Source: Candidatus Rokuibacteriota bacterium (GTDB taxonomy: Bacteria; Methylomirabilota; Methylomirabilia; Rokubacteriales; DASRDR01). From it: 37,519 nucleotides of DNA. Shown one piece after another: positions 19,023-29,703 of the stretch. Position numbers and translations under genes: made by a program. Each line of letters opens with the position of its first letter. Position 1 is the first letter of the stretch. The notes under the pieces are model-generated. The model was not told the DNA's origin, did no database searches, and saw only the letters and a program-made list of their open reading frames with translations. The stretch covers positions 1 to 37,519 of the forward strand of contig JBIOTN010000061.1 of the NCBI GenBank assembly GCA_044866005.1, in the 5' to 3' direction.

Positions 19023-19624
19023 TTCGCCCGGAGGGGGGCTTCGCCGCGCGCGACGGAGAGACGATCCGGCTGACGACGCCGCTCTCGGACGAGGACGTCG
19101 TCCGGCTCAAGGCCGGTGACCGCGTGCGGCTCTTCGGCCCGCTCTTCACGGCGCGCGACGCCGCGCACAAGCGCCTGATCGAGCTGATCGACGCCGGCCG
19201 ACCCCTGCCCATCGACGTGCGGGGCCAGGTGATCTACTACGTCGGCCCGACGCCGCCCCCTCCCGGGAAGGTGATCGGCTCGGCCGGGCCGACGACCGGC
19301 GGCCGCATGGACCGGTACGCGCCGGCCCTCATGGCGCTCGGGCTCAAGGGGATGATCGGCAAGGGCGGCCGCGCCACGGAGGTCCGGGACGCGATGAAGC
19401 GGTGGAAGTGCGTCTACTTCGGGGCCGTCGGCGGGGCGGGCGCGCTCCTGTCCCGGTACATCAAGGCGGCCGAGATCGTCGCCTACGAGGACCTCGGGAC
19501 CGAGGCGATCCGGCGGCTCGCGGTCGAGGACTTCCCGGTCATCGTGGTCAACGACACGCACGGGAACGACCTCTACGAGGACGGCATGAAGCGGTACGCG
19601 CGACCGGCCGGGATGGGCGCGTGA
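19019..19624 (+). CDS. two-subunit class I fumarate hydratase, beta subunit (TtdB-like)
   Basis: ATGA overlap at 19019; TARDAAHKR, YYVGP, GPTT..RMD, IGKG, EDLGTEAI, DTHGNDLY. Confidence 0.9.
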   Translation: MIRPEGGFAARDGETIRLTTPLSDEDVVRLKAGDRVRLFGPLFTARDAAHKRLIELIDAGRPLPIDVRGQVIYYVGPTPPPPGKVIGSAGPTTGGRMDRYAPALMALGLKGMIGKGGRATEVRDAMKRWKCVYFGAVGGAGALLSRYIKAAEIVAYEDLGTEAIRRLAVEDFPVIVVNDTHGNDLYEDGMKRYARPAGMGA

Positions 19625-20430
19625 GCGACGGGATCAGCGCCACCAGGACGAGCGGCGCCACCGGGCGGCCCCACGTCGCCGGGCCGGTCCGCTGGGACAC
19701 GTGGTGGATCGAGCCGACGCTCGTGGTGACCGTCCTGGGGGCGTTCATGGTCTACTCGTTCTGGGCCGCGCTCCAGAACGCGCACTACTACGCCCGCCCG
19801 TACCTCTCGCCGTTCTACTCCCCGTGCCTCACCACCGAGTGCCTGCACGTGACGGTGCCGCTCTTCGGGAAGCTCCCCCCGCTCCCGATCCTCGGCGTGC
19901 TCTCGCCGGCCTTCCTGGTCCTCTGGGGCCCCGGCCTCTTCCGCCTGACGTGCTACTACTACCGGAAGGCGTATTACCGCTCGTTCTGGGGCGCGCCTCC
20001 GGCCTGCGCCGTGCCGGACGTGCGCCCGGGCTACACGGGCGAGACCGAGTTCCCGCTGACGCTCCAGAAGTGGCACCGCTACCTCTTCTACCTCGCCGTC
20101 GGCTTCATCGTGGTCCTGACCTGGGACGCGCTGCTGGCCTTCCGGTTCCCGGACGGGTTCGGGATCGGCGTCGGCACGCTGGTCATGTGGGCCAACGTGG
20201 TCCTCCTGGCCGCGTACACGTTCTCCTGCCACTCCTGCCGCCACGTCTGCGGGGGCCACGTGGACGTCTTCTCCGGAGCGCCGGGGCGCTACCGGCTCTG
20301 GCGCCTCCTGACGCGGCTCAACGAACGGCACCCGCTCTACGCGTGGCTGTCGCTCTTCAGCGTGGCGTTGACCGACCTCTACGTCCGCCTCCTCTCCATG
20401 GGCGTCATCCGCGACCTGAGGCTCCTCTGA
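19621..20430 (+). CDS. sdhC: succinate dehydrogenase membrane anchor, mycobacterial Sdh1 (Rv0249c-like) type
   Basis: GTGA overlap; YLSPFYSPC, FRLTCYYYRKAYYRSF..PPACAV, YTGET.FPL..Q..HRY, YTFSCHSCRH, LNERH. Confidence 0.85.
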   Translation: MSDGISATRTSGATGRPHVAGPVRWDTWWIEPTLVVTVLGAFMVYSFWAALQNAHYYARPYLSPFYSPCLTTECLHVTVPLFGKLPPLPILGVLSPAFLVLWGPGLFRLTCYYYRKAYYRSFWGAPPACAVPDVRPGYTGETEFPLTLQKWHRYLFYLAVGFIVVLTWDALLAFRFPDGFGIGVGTLVMWANVVLLAAYTFSCHSCRHVCGGHVDVFSGAPGRYRLWRLLTRLNERHPLYAWLSLFSVALTDLYVRLLSMGVIRDLRLL

Positions 20431-22232
20431 TGCCGGATCTTCACGAGCTCGAGCGTCACGAGTACGACGTCGTCGTGGTGGGCGCCGGCGGGGCCGGGCT
20501 CCGGGCGGCCGTGGAGGCCTCCGCGCGCGGCGTGCGGACGGCCATCGTCTGCAAGTCGCTCCTCGGCAAGGCCCACACGGTCATGGCGGAGGGCGGGATC
20601 GCCGCGGCGCTCGGCAACGTCTACCCGGAGGACAACTGGCAGGTCCACTTCCGGGACACCATGCGCGGCGGCAAGATGCTGAACAACTGGCGGATGGCGC
20701 AGCTCCACGCCCAGGAAGCGCCGGAGCGCGTGCTCGAGCTGGAGCGGTGGGGCGCCCTCTTCGACCGGACGAAGGACGGCCGGATCCTCCAGCGGGACTT
20801 CGGCGGCCACCGCTACGCCCGCCTGGCGCACGTCGGCGACCGGACCGGGCTCGAGATGATCCGGACCCTCCAGCAGCACGCCGTCCACCGCGGGATCGAC
20901 GTCTTCATGGAGTGCACGGTGGCCCGGCTCCTCAAGGACGGCGAGCGGATCGCGGGCGCGCTCGCCTACTGGCGCGAGAGCGGCCGGTTCGTCGTCTTCC
21001 AGGCGAAGGCCGTGGTCCTCGCCACCGGCGGGATCGGCAAGGCCTACGCGATCACCTCCAACTCCTGGGAGTACACGGGGGACGGCCACTCGCTCGCCCT
21101 GTGGGCCGGGGCCGACCTGATCGACATGGAGTTCGTCCAGTTCCACCCCACCGGGATGGTCTGGCCGCCCAGCGTGCGGGGCATCCTGGTGACCGAGGGC
21201 GTCCGGGGCGACGGCGGCACGCTCAAGAACGCCAAGGGCGAGCGCTTCATGTTCCGGTACATCCCCGAGATGTTCCGGGCCGAGACGGCCGAGACCGAGG
21301 AAGAGGCGGACCGCTGGTACAGCGACCGGAAGAACGCCCGCCGGACGCCGGACCTGCTCCCGCGCGACGAGGTGGCGCGCGCGATCAACGCCGAGGTGAA
21401 GGCCGGGCGGGGGAGCCCGCACGGCGGCGTCTTCCTCGACATCGCCTCGCGGCGGTCGGCCGAGGACATCAAGCGGCGGCTCCCGTCGATGTACCACCAG
21501 TTCAAGGAGCTGGCGGACGTCGACATCACCAAGGAGCCGATGGAGGTCGGGCCGACCTCCCACTACATGATGGGCGGGGTCCGCGTGGAGGCGGACTCGA
21601 CGGCTTCGCGTGTCCCCGGCCTCTTCGCGGCCGGCGAGGCGGCGGGCGGGATGCACGGGTCGAACCGGCTCGGCGGCAACTCGCTCTCCGACCTGGTCGT
21701 CTTCGGCCGCCGCGCCGGCCTCCACGCGGCGCTGTACGCCCAGGGCCTCACCGGGGCCCCGCGCGTCGACCCCGCCGAGGTCACCGCGATCACGGCCGCG
21801 CTCCTGGCCCCCTTCGAGCGCGCGGGCACCGAGAACCCGTACGCGATCCAGCGGGACCTGCAGGAGATGATGCAGAGCCTGGTGGGGATCATCCGGAGCG
21901 AGGAGGAGCTGAAGGAGGCGGTCCAGCGGCTCGAGGCGTTGAAAGAGCGCGCGCGCCGGGTGCGCGTGGAAGGGAATCGACAGTACAATCCCGGCTGGCA
22001 CCTGGCCCTCGACCTCCAGTCGCTCCTGACCGTGTCCGAGGCCGTCACGCTCGCCGCGCTGGAGCGGAAGGAGAGCCGCGGTGCCCACACGCGCCAGGAC
22101 TACCCCAAGCCGGACGCCCACTTCGCGACGGTGAACGTCGTGGTCCGCCAGTCGAACGGCCGGCTGACGGTGACGCAGGAGCCGCTCCCTGCGATGCCCC
22201 CCGAACTGAAGAAGCTCGTAGAGGACAAGTGA
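20430..22232 (+). CDS. sdhA: succinate dehydrogenase/fumarate reductase flavoprotein subunit
   Basis: TGATG overlap; VVGAGGAG, KAHTVMAEGG (covalent-FAD His), QFHPTG, VTEGVRG, PRDEVAR, HYMMGG, HGSNRLGGNSL. Confidence 0.93.
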   Translation: MPDLHELERHEYDVVVVGAGGAGLRAAVEASARGVRTAIVCKSLLGKAHTVMAEGGIAAALGNVYPEDNWQVHFRDTMRGGKMLNNWRMAQLHAQEAPERVLELERWGALFDRTKDGRILQRDFGGHRYARLAHVGDRTGLEMIRTLQQHAVHRGIDVFMECTVARLLKDGERIAGALAYWRESGRFVVFQAKAVVLATGGIGKAYAITSNSWEYTGDGHSLALWAGADLIDMEFVQFHPTGMVWPPSVRGILVTEGVRGDGGTLKNAKGERFMFRYIPEMFRAETAETEEEADRWYSDRKNARRTPDLLPRDEVARAINAEVKAGRGSPHGGVFLDIASRRSAEDIKRRLPSMYHQFKELADVDITKEPMEVGPTSHYMMGGVRVEADSTASRVPGLFAAGEAAGGMHGSNRLGGNSLSDLVVFGRRAGLHAALYAQGLTGAPRVDPAEVTAITAALLAPFERAGTENPYAIQRDLQEMMQSLVGIIRSEEELKEAVQRLEALKERARRVRVEGNRQYNPGWHLALDLQSLLTVSEAVTLAALERKESRGAHTRQDYPKPDAHFATVNVVVRQSNGRLTVTQEPLPAMPPELKKLVEDK

Positions 22233-22991
22233 GTGGAATCCGGCCAGGCAAAAGAGGCGGCGCTCCACGTCTTCCGCGGCGACGCCGCAGGCGGCGAGTT
22301 CCGGGAGTATCGCGTCGCCATCGACGACGGCATGGTCGTCCTGGACGCGCTCCACCGGATCCAGGCCACCCAGGCCAACGACCTGGCGATCCGCTGGAAC
22401 TGCAAGGCGGGCAAGTGCGGCTCCTGCAGCGCCGAGGTCAACGGCAAGCCACGCCTGACGTGCATGACCCGGATGAACCTCTTCCCCCCGGGTGAGCCGA
22501 TCACGGTCGCGCCGCTCCGGACCTTCCCGATCGTCAAGGACCTGGTCACGGACGTGTCCTTCAACTACGAGGTGGCGAAGCGGATGCCGGCGTTCCAGCC
22601 CCGGCCGCCGGAGCCCGACGGCACCTACCGGATGATGCAGGAGGACATCGACCGCGGGCAGGAGTTCCGGAAGTGCATCGAGTGCTTCCTCTGCCAGGAC
22701 GTCTGCCACGTGATCCGCGACCACGACGACAAGAAGCGGCAGTTCGCGGGACCGCGCTTCTTCATCCGGCTCGCCGAGCTCGAGATGCACCCGCTCGACA
22801 CGCTGGACCGGCGGGCGCTGATCCGGACGCAGGCCGGCATCGGGCTCTGCAACATCACCAAGTGCTGCACGGAGGTCTGCCCCGAGCACATCCGCATCAC
22901 GGACAACGCGATCATCCCCCTGAAGGAGCGCGTCGTCGACGAGCGCTACGATCCCGTGGTGTGGCTGATCCGCAAGCTCCGCCGCCGGTAG
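22233..22991 (+). CDS. sdhB: succinate dehydrogenase/fumarate reductase iron-sulfur subunit
   Basis: WNCKAGKCGSC...C, CIECFLCQDVC, CNITKCCTEVCP. Confidence 0.93.
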   Translation: MESGQAKEAALHVFRGDAAGGEFREYRVAIDDGMVVLDALHRIQATQANDLAIRWNCKAGKCGSCSAEVNGKPRLTCMTRMNLFPPGEPITVAPLRTFPIVKDLVTDVSFNYEVAKRMPAFQPRPPEPDGTYRMMQEDIDRGQEFRKCIECFLCQDVCHVIRDHDDKKRQFAGPRFFIRLAELEMHPLDTLDRRALIRTQAGIGLCNITKCCTEVCPEHIRITDNAIIPLKERVVDERYDPVVWLIRKLRRR

Positions 22992-23048
22992 CGGCCCACG
23001 ACCGCCGTGCGGCCGCCGGACAGGCCGCGCGCTGACTCGCGACATCGC

Positions 23049-24227
23049 ATGAAGATCCACGAATACCAGGCCAAGGCGATCCTCAAGCAGTTCGGCGTCC
23101 CCGTGCCGCGCGGGGAGGTTGCCGACAGCGCGGCGGCGGCCCGCGCGGTGGCCGAGCGGCTCGGCGGCAAGGTCGTCGTCAAGGCGCAGGTCCACGCCGG
23201 GGGGCGCGGAAAGGCGGGCGGCATCCAGGTCGTCGCCTCGCCGGCCGAGGCCGAGCAGGCCGCGCGCCGCATCCTCGGCATGCGGCTCACGACCCCGCAG
23301 ACCCCGCCCGAGGGCATCGTCGTCCAGAAGGTCCTCGTCGAGGAGGCCTTCTCCGTCGCCAGGGAGCTCTACCTCGCGGTCACGATCGACCGCGAGGCCG
23401 GCACGCCCGTCGTGATGGCCTCCCAGGCGGGCGGCATGGAGATCGAGGAGGTCGCCGCGCGGTCGCCCGAGAAGATCCGCCGCGCGGCCGCGGATCCCGC
23501 GCTCGGGCTCTTGCCGTTCCAGGTCCGGCGGCTCGTCTTCGGCCTCGGCCTGGACGGCGATCTCGGCCGAGCCGCCGGCGCCGCGGTCGGCGGACTCTAC
23601 ATGACCTTCGTCGCCCGGGACTGCTCCCTCGCCGAGATCAACCCGCTGGTCGTCACGGCCGACGGGCGGCTCCTGGCCCTCGACGCCAAGCTCAGCTTCG
23701 ACGACAACGCCCTCTTCCGCCACGCCGAGGTGCAGGCCCTCCGCGACACGAACGAGGAGACACCGCTCGACGTCGAGGCCTCGAAGTTCGGTCTCAACTA
23801 CATCAAGCTCGACGGGAACGTCGGCTGCATGGTGAACGGCGCGGGGCTCGCCATGGCGACGATGGACATCATCAAGCACGCGGGCGGGGCGCCGGCGAAC
23901 TTCCTCGACGTCGGCGGCGGCGCGAACGCGACCCAGATCGAGAACGCCTTCCGGATCCTCCTCTCCGACCCGAACGTGCGCGCCGTTCTCGTCAACATCT
24001 TCGGCGGCATCCTGCGGTGCGACGTCCTGGCCGACGGCATCATCCGCGCGGCCCGGACCCTCGGCGTCGCCGTGCCGGTCGTGATCCGGATGGAAGGGAC
24101 CAACGTGGAGGAAGGCCGGCGGATGCTGCGCCAGTCGGGGCTCGACTTCACCACGGCCGACGACATGCGCGACGCGGCGACGAAGGTCGTGGCGCTGGCC
24201 GCGCGGCCGGCGGGCAAGCGCGCGTGA
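23049..24227 (+). CDS. sucC: succinyl-CoA synthetase beta subunit
   Basis: MKIHEYQAK at ATG 23049, [45 protein letters not shown]. Confidence 0.97.
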   Translation: MKIHEYQAKAILKQFGVPVPRGEVADSAAAARAVAERLGGKVVVKAQVHAGGRGKAGGIQVVASPAEAEQAARRILGMRLTTPQTPPEGIVVQKVLVEEAFSVARELYLAVTIDREAGTPVVMASQAGGMEIEEVAARSPEKIRRAAADPALGLLPFQVRRLVFGLGLDGDLGRAAGAAVGGLYMTFVARDCSLAEINPLVVTADGRLLALDAKLSFDDNALFRHAEVQALRDTNEETPLDVEASKFGLNYIKLDGNVGCMVNGAGLAMATMDIIKHAGGAPANFLDVGGGANATQIENAFRILLSDPNVRAVLVNIFGGILRCDVLADGIIRAARTLGVAVPVVIRMEGTNVEEGRRMLRQSGLDFTTADDMRDAATKVVALAARPAGKRA

Positions 24228-25099
24228 GCATCCTGGTCGGCCGCCAGACCCGGCTCTGCGTGCAGGGGATCACCGGCCGCGAGGGGTCGTTCCACGCGCA
24301 GCGCTGCCGCGAGTACGGGACGCGGCTCGTCGCCGGGGTCACCCCCGGCAAGGGCGGCAGCGTGCACGAGGGGGTCCCGGTCTTCGACACCGTGGAGGGC
24401 GCGGTCCGCCAGGAAGGCGCCAACACCTCGCTCCTCTTCGTGCCGCCGATGGCTGCGGCCGACGCCATCATGGAGGCGGCCGAGGCGGGCGTCGAGCTGA
24501 TCGTCTGCATCACCGAGGGGATCCCCACGCTGGACATGGTCCGGGCCAAGGCCTTCCTCGCGGACCGTCGCGCGCGCCTCATCGGGCCGAACTGTCCGGG
24601 CCTCATCACGCCGGGCCAGGCGAAGGTCGGGATCATGCCCGGGCACATCCACCAACCCGGCCCGGTGGGGGTCGTCTCGCGCAGCGGGACGCTCACCTAC
24701 GAGGCGGTCCATCAGCTCACCGCGCGCGGCGTCGGGCAGTCCACGTGCGTCGGCATCGGGGGCGACCCGATCATCGGCACGCCCTTCGTGGACGTGCTCC
24801 GGCTCTTCCGGGACGATCCCGACACGGGCTGCGTCGTGCTGATCGGCGAGATCGGCGGGACGGGGGAGGAGGCGGCGGCGGGCGCGATCGCTCGGGACTT
24901 CGGCAAGCCCGTCGTCGCGTTCGTCTGCGGGCAAACGGCCCCGCCCGGCCGGCGGATGGGACACGCCGGGGCGATCATCGCGGGCGGGAGGGGGACCGCG
25001 GCCGAAAAGATGGCGGCCCTGGAGGGCGCCGGCGCCCACGTCGTCCGGAGCCCCGCCGAGATCGGCGAGACCGTGGCCCGCGTCCTCCGCGGCGCCTAG
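24224..25099 (+). CDS. sucD: succinyl-CoA synthetase alpha subunit
   Basis: GTGA overlap; [48 protein letters not shown]. Confidence 0.97.
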   Translation: MSILVGRQTRLCVQGITGREGSFHAQRCREYGTRLVAGVTPGKGGSVHEGVPVFDTVEGAVRQEGANTSLLFVPPMAAADAIMEAAEAGVELIVCITEGIPTLDMVRAKAFLADRRARLIGPNCPGLITPGQAKVGIMPGHIHQPGPVGVVSRSGTLTYEAVHQLTARGVGQSTCVGIGGDPIIGTPFVDVLRLFRDDPDTGCVVLIGEIGGTGEEAAAGAIARDFGKPVVAFVCGQTAPPGRRMGHAGAIIAGGRGTAAEKMAALEGAGAHVVRSPAEIGETVARVLRGA

Positions 25100-25143
25100 G
25101 CATCTCGTGGTGGACGCCTTGCTGTGCCTGGAGCAGCGCCCGA

Positions 25144-25211
25144 GCGGCGGCTTTGCCGCCGCAACTCTCCCGGGGGGAGGTGTCGGAGGGGGCCGTCGAG
25201 GCCCCCGCCGA
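25144..25211. repeat. two-hairpin intergenic element, copy 2
   Basis: GCGGCGGC-TTT-GCCGCCGC (25144-25162), linker, GGGGGGAGG, then TCGGAGGGGGCC-GTCGA-GGCCCCCGCCGA (25183-25211). Confidence 0.6.
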
Positions 25212-25218
25212 TGAGCTC

Positions 25219-25644
25219 ATGGCGGTCGAGCGGACGCTCGTCATCGTGAAGCCGGACGCCGTGCGCAAGCGCATGGCGGGTCAGATCATGGCGCGCCTGG
25301 AGGCGGCGGGCCTGCGCATCCTCGCGATCCGCATGGTTCACCTCACGATCCCGCAGGCCGAAGGCTTCTACGCGGTCCATCGCGAGCGGCCGTTCTTCGC
25401 GAGCCTCGCCCGGTTCATGAACCAGGGGCCCTGCATCCCGATGGTCGTCGAGGGGGACGGGGCGATCGCGCGCGTGCGCGAGCTGATGGGCGCCACGAAC
25501 CCGGCCCAGGCCGCCCCGGGCACCATCCGCCGGGACTTCGCCGAGTCGATCGAGGCCAACGCGGTCCACGGCTCCGACTCGCCCGCCTCGGCGGCCTTCG
25601 AGATCCCGTACTTCTTCCCCGGCCTCGAGCTCCAGGGCCCGTAG
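25219..25644 (+). CDS. ndk: nucleoside diphosphate kinase
   Basis: [41 protein letters not shown]. Confidence 0.97.
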   Translation: MAVERTLVIVKPDAVRKRMAGQIMARLEAAGLRILAIRMVHLTIPQAEGFYAVHRERPFFASLARFMNQGPCIPMVVEGDGAIARVRELMGATNPAQAAPGTIRRDFAESIEANAVHGSDSPASAAFEIPYFFPGLELQGP

Positions 25645-25666
25645 GCTCGGGCTCTCCTCGCGCCCC

Positions 25667-27172
25667 GTGCCAGCCTTCCAGAAGGTCCTGATCGCCAATC
25701 GGGGCGAGATCGCCGTTCGGGTCATCCGGGCCTGCCGCGAGGCCGGGATCGCCACGGTCGCGGTCTTCTCGGAGGCCGACCGTACGGCGCTCCACGTGCG
25801 CCTCGCGGACGAGGCCTATCCGATCGGCCCGGCGCCGGCGACGCAGAGCTATCTCGCCGTGGAGCGCCTGGTCGAGGCGGCCCGCACGAGCGGCGCCGAC
25901 GCGGTCCATCCCGGCTACGGCTTCCTGGCCGAGAGCGCGCGCTTCGCCGAGGCGTGCCGGGCGAGCGGCCTGACCTTCATCGGCCCGCCGCCCCCGGCGA
26001 TCGCCGCCATGGGCGACAAGACGGCCGCCCGGCGGACCGCCGCGGCCTGCGGGGTGCCGCTCGTGCCGGGGACCCGGGAGCCGGTCGGGTCGGACGCGGA
26101 GGCGGCGCGGGTGGCGCGCGAGCTGGGCTACCCGGTGATGATCAAGGCGGCCCTCGGCGGAGGCGGGCGGGGGATGCGCCGCGTGGCGGGGCCGACCGAG
26201 CTCGCCTCGGCCCTCCGCCTGGCCCGCTCCGAGGCGGCCTCGGCGTTCGGGGACGACGCGGTCTACCTGGAGAAGGCGCTCGTCGAGCCGCGGCACATCG
26301 AGGTGCAGATCCTGGCCGACGCGCACGGCCACGTGGTGCACCTCGGGGAGCGCGAGTGCTCGATCCAGCGGCGGCACCAGAAGCTCGTCGAGGAGGCGCC
26401 CTCGCCGTTCGTCGACGCCGCGCTGCGCGACGCGATGGGCGCGGCCGCCTGCCGGCTGGTCGCGGCGGCCGGCTACCGGAACGCCGGCACGGTCGAGTTC
26501 CTCGTCGACGCCGAGCGGCGATTCTACTTCCTCGAGGTCAACGCCCGGCTCCAGGTCGAGCACCCCGTGACCGAGCTCGTCACGGGGATCGACCTCGTGC
26601 GGGAGCAGCTCCGGCTGGCCGCGGGGGAGCCGCTCGGCTACGACCAGGCCGGCGTCGCGGCGCGAGGGTGGGCGATCGAGTGCCGCATCACCGCCGAGGA
26701 CCCGGGGCGCGGCTTCCGTCCGACCCCCGGCCGGATCACGGTCTGGCGGCCGCCCGGCGGGGCCTGGGTGCGCGTGGACGCCGGTGTGGACGAGGGCGCC
26801 GAGGTCCCCATCTACTACGACCCGCTCGTGGCGAAGCTGATCGTGTGGGGCCGCGACCGCGGCGAGGCGATCCGGCGGATGGCCAGCGCGCTCGGCGAGT
26901 TCGCGGTCGCCGGCATCGCGACGACGATCCCGTTCCACACGCGGGTCATGGCCCACCCCGACTTCATCGCGGGCCGCCTCTCCACGGCGTTCGTGGAGCG
27001 CGTCGCGCCCGCGCCCGCCGCCGGCCCGGCCACGGCCGCGTCGCGGGCCGCGGTCGTGGCCGCGGTCCTCCACGCCTCACGCCAGGCGGAACGCCTCCAG
27101 CTCGGCGCCCCGGCCGGCCCGTCGCCCTGGGCCCTGTCGGCGCGGCCGGGCCGCCGGCGCTTCCCGCGGTAG
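25667..27172 (+). CDS. accC: biotin carboxylase subunit (acyl-CoA carboxylase type)
   Basis: KVLIANRGEIA, HPGYGFLAE, GGGGRGMR, RHIEVQ, ERECSIQRRHQK, FLEVNARLQVEHPVTE, YYDP. Confidence 0.92.
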   Translation: MPAFQKVLIANRGEIAVRVIRACREAGIATVAVFSEADRTALHVRLADEAYPIGPAPATQSYLAVERLVEAARTSGADAVHPGYGFLAESARFAEACRASGLTFIGPPPPAIAAMGDKTAARRTAAACGVPLVPGTREPVGSDAEAARVARELGYPVMIKAALGGGGRGMRRVAGPTELASALRLARSEAASAFGDDAVYLEKALVEPRHIEVQILADAHGHVVHLGERECSIQRRHQKLVEEAPSPFVDAALRDAMGAAACRLVAAAGYRNAGTVEFLVDAERRFYFLEVNARLQVEHPVTELVTGIDLVREQLRLAAGEPLGYDQAGVAARGWAIECRITAEDPGRGFRPTPGRITVWRPPGGAWVRVDAGVDEGAEVPIYYDPLVAKLIVWGRDRGEAIRRMASALGEFAVAGIATTIPFHTRVMAHPDFIAGRLSTAFVERVAPAPAAGPATAASRAAVVAAVLHASRQAERLQLGAPAGPSPWALSARPGRRRFPR

Positions 27173-27177
27173 CGAGG

Positions 27178-27687
27178 ATGCGCTTCGTGGTGACCCGCGG
27201 CGAGGAGACCCTGCCCGTCGAGGTCGTGGAGGAAGGCGGGCGCTATCGCGTCCGCGTGGACCAGGAGTGGGTCGAGGTGGACGCGCGCCTCCTGCCCGGC
27301 GGCGCCTGGTCGCTCCTGATGGGTGGCGCCTCGTACGTCGCCGATGTGAGCGAGGAGAGCGCGGAGCTGGTCGTGACCGTGGGGGGCGAGCGCCACCGCC
27401 TGCGCGTGGAGGAGGCCGGACGCCGGTTCGGCCGCCGCCTGGCGGGCCGGGCCTCGGCCGGGGGCGAGCGGCTCGTCGCCCCCATGCCGGGCCGCGTCGT
27501 CGCGGTCCACGTCCGGTCGGGCGACCGCGTGGACATCGGCACGCCCCTCCTCGTGCTCGAGGCGATGAAGATGGAGAACGAGTTCCACGCCATGACGCCC
27601 GGCACCGTCGCCGAAGTCGCCGTCAGCGCCGGGCAGCCGGTCAATGCCGGGGACCTGCTCCTGGTCCTGCGCCCCGAGGGCTCCTAG
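27178..27687 (+). CDS. biotin carboxyl carrier protein with N-terminal BT-like beta domain
   Basis: GAGG + ATG 27178; APMPG, EAMKMENE biotinylation motif. Confidence 0.9.
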   Translation: MRFVVTRGEETLPVEVVEEGGRYRVRVDQEWVEVDARLLPGGAWSLLMGGASYVADVSEESAELVVTVGGERHRLRVEEAGRRFGRRLAGRASAGGERLVAPMPGRVVAVHVRSGDRVDIGTPLLVLEAMKMENEFHAMTPGTVAEVAVSAGQPVNAGDLLLVLRPEGS

Positions 27688-27708
27688 CCGCGGGCCGGCG
27701 CACGTCGC

Positions 27709-29703
27709 GTGAGCCGGGCGGGCGGCCGGCTCGCCCTCGCCGCGAGCGCCCTCGCGCTCACGCTGATCGTGACGTGGCCGCTCGGGCGCTGCTTCGCCGT
27801 CTGTCTGGGGGCCTCCCAGGATCCGCTCGTCTCCGTGTACCTCCTCCGCTGGGTGGGCCACGCGCTCGCGACGCCCGGGGTCCGCCTGCTCGACGCCGGG
27901 ATCTTCGCGCCCTACCCGCGGACGCTCGCCCTCGGCGAGGCCATGCCGCTCGTCGGCGTGGCCACGTTTCCCGCCCTCCGGCTGACGGGGAACCCGGTGG
28001 TCGCCCACAACGCCGGCGTGGTCCTCGCCTACACGCTGGCCGCGCTCGGCGCGGCCGCGCTCGCCGCGCGCCTGCTCGGGCCCACGCCGGCGGCGCTCCT
28101 CGCCGGCCTGGTCTTCGCGTACGCGCCCCGGCTCCTCCATCAGGCCCACAACCTCCAGACGCTCGCCGCGGCCTGCTGGCTCCCCTGGGCCTTTCTCGCG
28201 CTCGAGCGCTTCCTGGCGCGGCCGACCTGGCGGGCGGCGAGCCTCTGCGCGGCCGCAGCCCTGGGCCTGGCCCTCACGAGCCTGACGGTGTTCGCGTTCG
28301 CCGGCGTCGCGGGCGTGGTCTTCCTGGCGAGCGGCGCCCTCTGGGACGAGCGGCGCCTCGCCCCGCCGCACCTCCTGCGGCTCGCGGGGGTCGGGGGGCC
28401 GGCGGCGGCGTTGCTCGCCATCCACATCGCGCCCTACCGGACGCTCGCCGCCCAGTGGGGGCTCGAGCGGGACCTTCCCGAGGTCCGCCGCTACTCGGCG
28501 TCCCTGGGCGACTACCTGGGGGTGCCGCCGGAGCACCTCCTCCATCGGCTGGTCGGCATCGGGCGGGTGGTGGACCTCGACCGCGAGGCGCTCTTCCCCG
28601 GCCTGACGGTCGCGGCCCTCGCGGCGGTCGGCCTCGCCGCGGCCGCCCGCGATCCGGCAGGCCTCCGGCGGCGCCTGGCCCCCTATCTCGCCCTGGCCGG
28701 CGCGGCGGCGGTGCTCGGCTTCGGGCCGGCGGTCGCGACGCCGTGGGGGACGATCCCCTTGCCGTACCGGATCCTCCACGCGGCGGTGCCCGGGTTCACC
28801 GCCATCCGCACGCCGCGCCGGTTCGCCGGCTTCGTGGCGCTCGGCATCGCGCTGCTCGCCGCCGCCGGGGCGGCCTGGCTCGCCGCGCGGCTCCGGGCCC
28901 GCTGGCGGCCCGCCGCGCTGGCGGGGCTGGCCGCCGTCATCCTGCTCGAGTCGGTCGGCGTGCCCTTTCCTGGCGCCGTCCGGCGGCTCGACGCCGCCGC
29001 GTTGCCGCCGGTCTACGGCTGGCTGGCCACTCAGGACGCCCGGACGGTCGTCCTCGAGCTGCCCATGGACGAGGACTGGGAGAAAGTCGGGGCGGCGGCC
29101 TTCCACCTGCGCCCCACGGTGAACGGCTGGTCGAGCTACCTGCCGCCCCACTACCTCGCACTGGCGGCCGCGATGGCGAGCTTCCCCGATCCGCGGAGCC
29201 TGGCGCTCATCCACGCGGCGCGCCCCGACGTCGTGGTGGTGGAGCGCCGGTGGCTCGACGCCGCGCGGGCGGCGGCCGTCGCGGCGCGGCCGGCCGCGCT
29301 CGCGCTCGAGCGCGCGGTGGGGGACCGCCTGGTCTACCGGCTCGGGCCGTCGGCCGGGGCCGGCCTCGAGCGGCTCGAAGCGACCGCGACCTGGCGTGCG
29401 GGGTCCGCGGGCCCGCGGCGCGACGTGTGTCTGCGGCTCCGGAACCCGGCGGCCGACTTCGTGCCGCTCTACCCCCTCCGCCGGCTCACGCTGACCGTCG
29501 AGGCCGACGGCCGGCTGGCCGCGACGGTGGTCCGCTGGCTGCCGCTCGACCTCGCCCCGGCGGCCACGCACAGCGAGTGCGTCGGCCTGTCGGGCGAGCC
29601 CTCCCTCGTCCGACTCCGGGGCGAGATCGAGGGGGCGGGCCGCCGCCACCGCGTCACGGTGGCGCCGGCCGATGCGCCGCAGCGGGTCCTCCCGGCTGGC
29701 TAG
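27709..29703 (+). CDS. polytopic membrane protein, GT-C/YfhO-like glycosyltransferase
   Basis: LIVTWPL, D..IFAPYP.TLA..E, more than 10 TM segments, ALFPG, PGF.AIRTPRRF, VYGWL...VLELP, VNGWSSY.P. Confidence 0.6.
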   Translation: MSRAGGRLALAASALALTLIVTWPLGRCFAVCLGASQDPLVSVYLLRWVGHALATPGVRLLDAGIFAPYPRTLALGEAMPLVGVATFPALRLTGNPVVAHNAGVVLAYTLAALGAAALAARLLGPTPAALLAGLVFAYAPRLLHQAHNLQTLAAACWLPWAFLALERFLARPTWRAASLCAAAALGLALTSLTVFAFAGVAGVVFLASGALWDERRLAPPHLLRLAGVGGPAAALLAIHIAPYRTLAAQWGLERDLPEVRRYSASLGDYLGVPPEHLLHRLVGIGRVVDLDREALFPGLTVAALAAVGLAAAARDPAGLRRRLAPYLALAGAAAVLGFGPAVATPWGTIPLPYRILHAAVPGFTAIRTPRRFAGFVALGIALLAAAGAAWLAARLRARWRPAALAGLAAVILLESVGVPFPGAVRRLDAAALPPVYGWLATQDARTVVLELPMDEDWEKVGAAAFHLRPTVNGWSSYLPPHYLALAAAMASFPDPRSLALIHAARPDVVVVERRWLDAARAAAVAARPAALALERAVGDRLVYRLGPSAGAGLERLEATATWRAGSAGPRRDVCLRLRNPAADFVPLYPLRRLTLTVEADGRLAATVVRWLPLDLAPAATHSECVGLSGEPSLVRLRGEIEGAGRRHRVTVAPADAPQRVLPAG

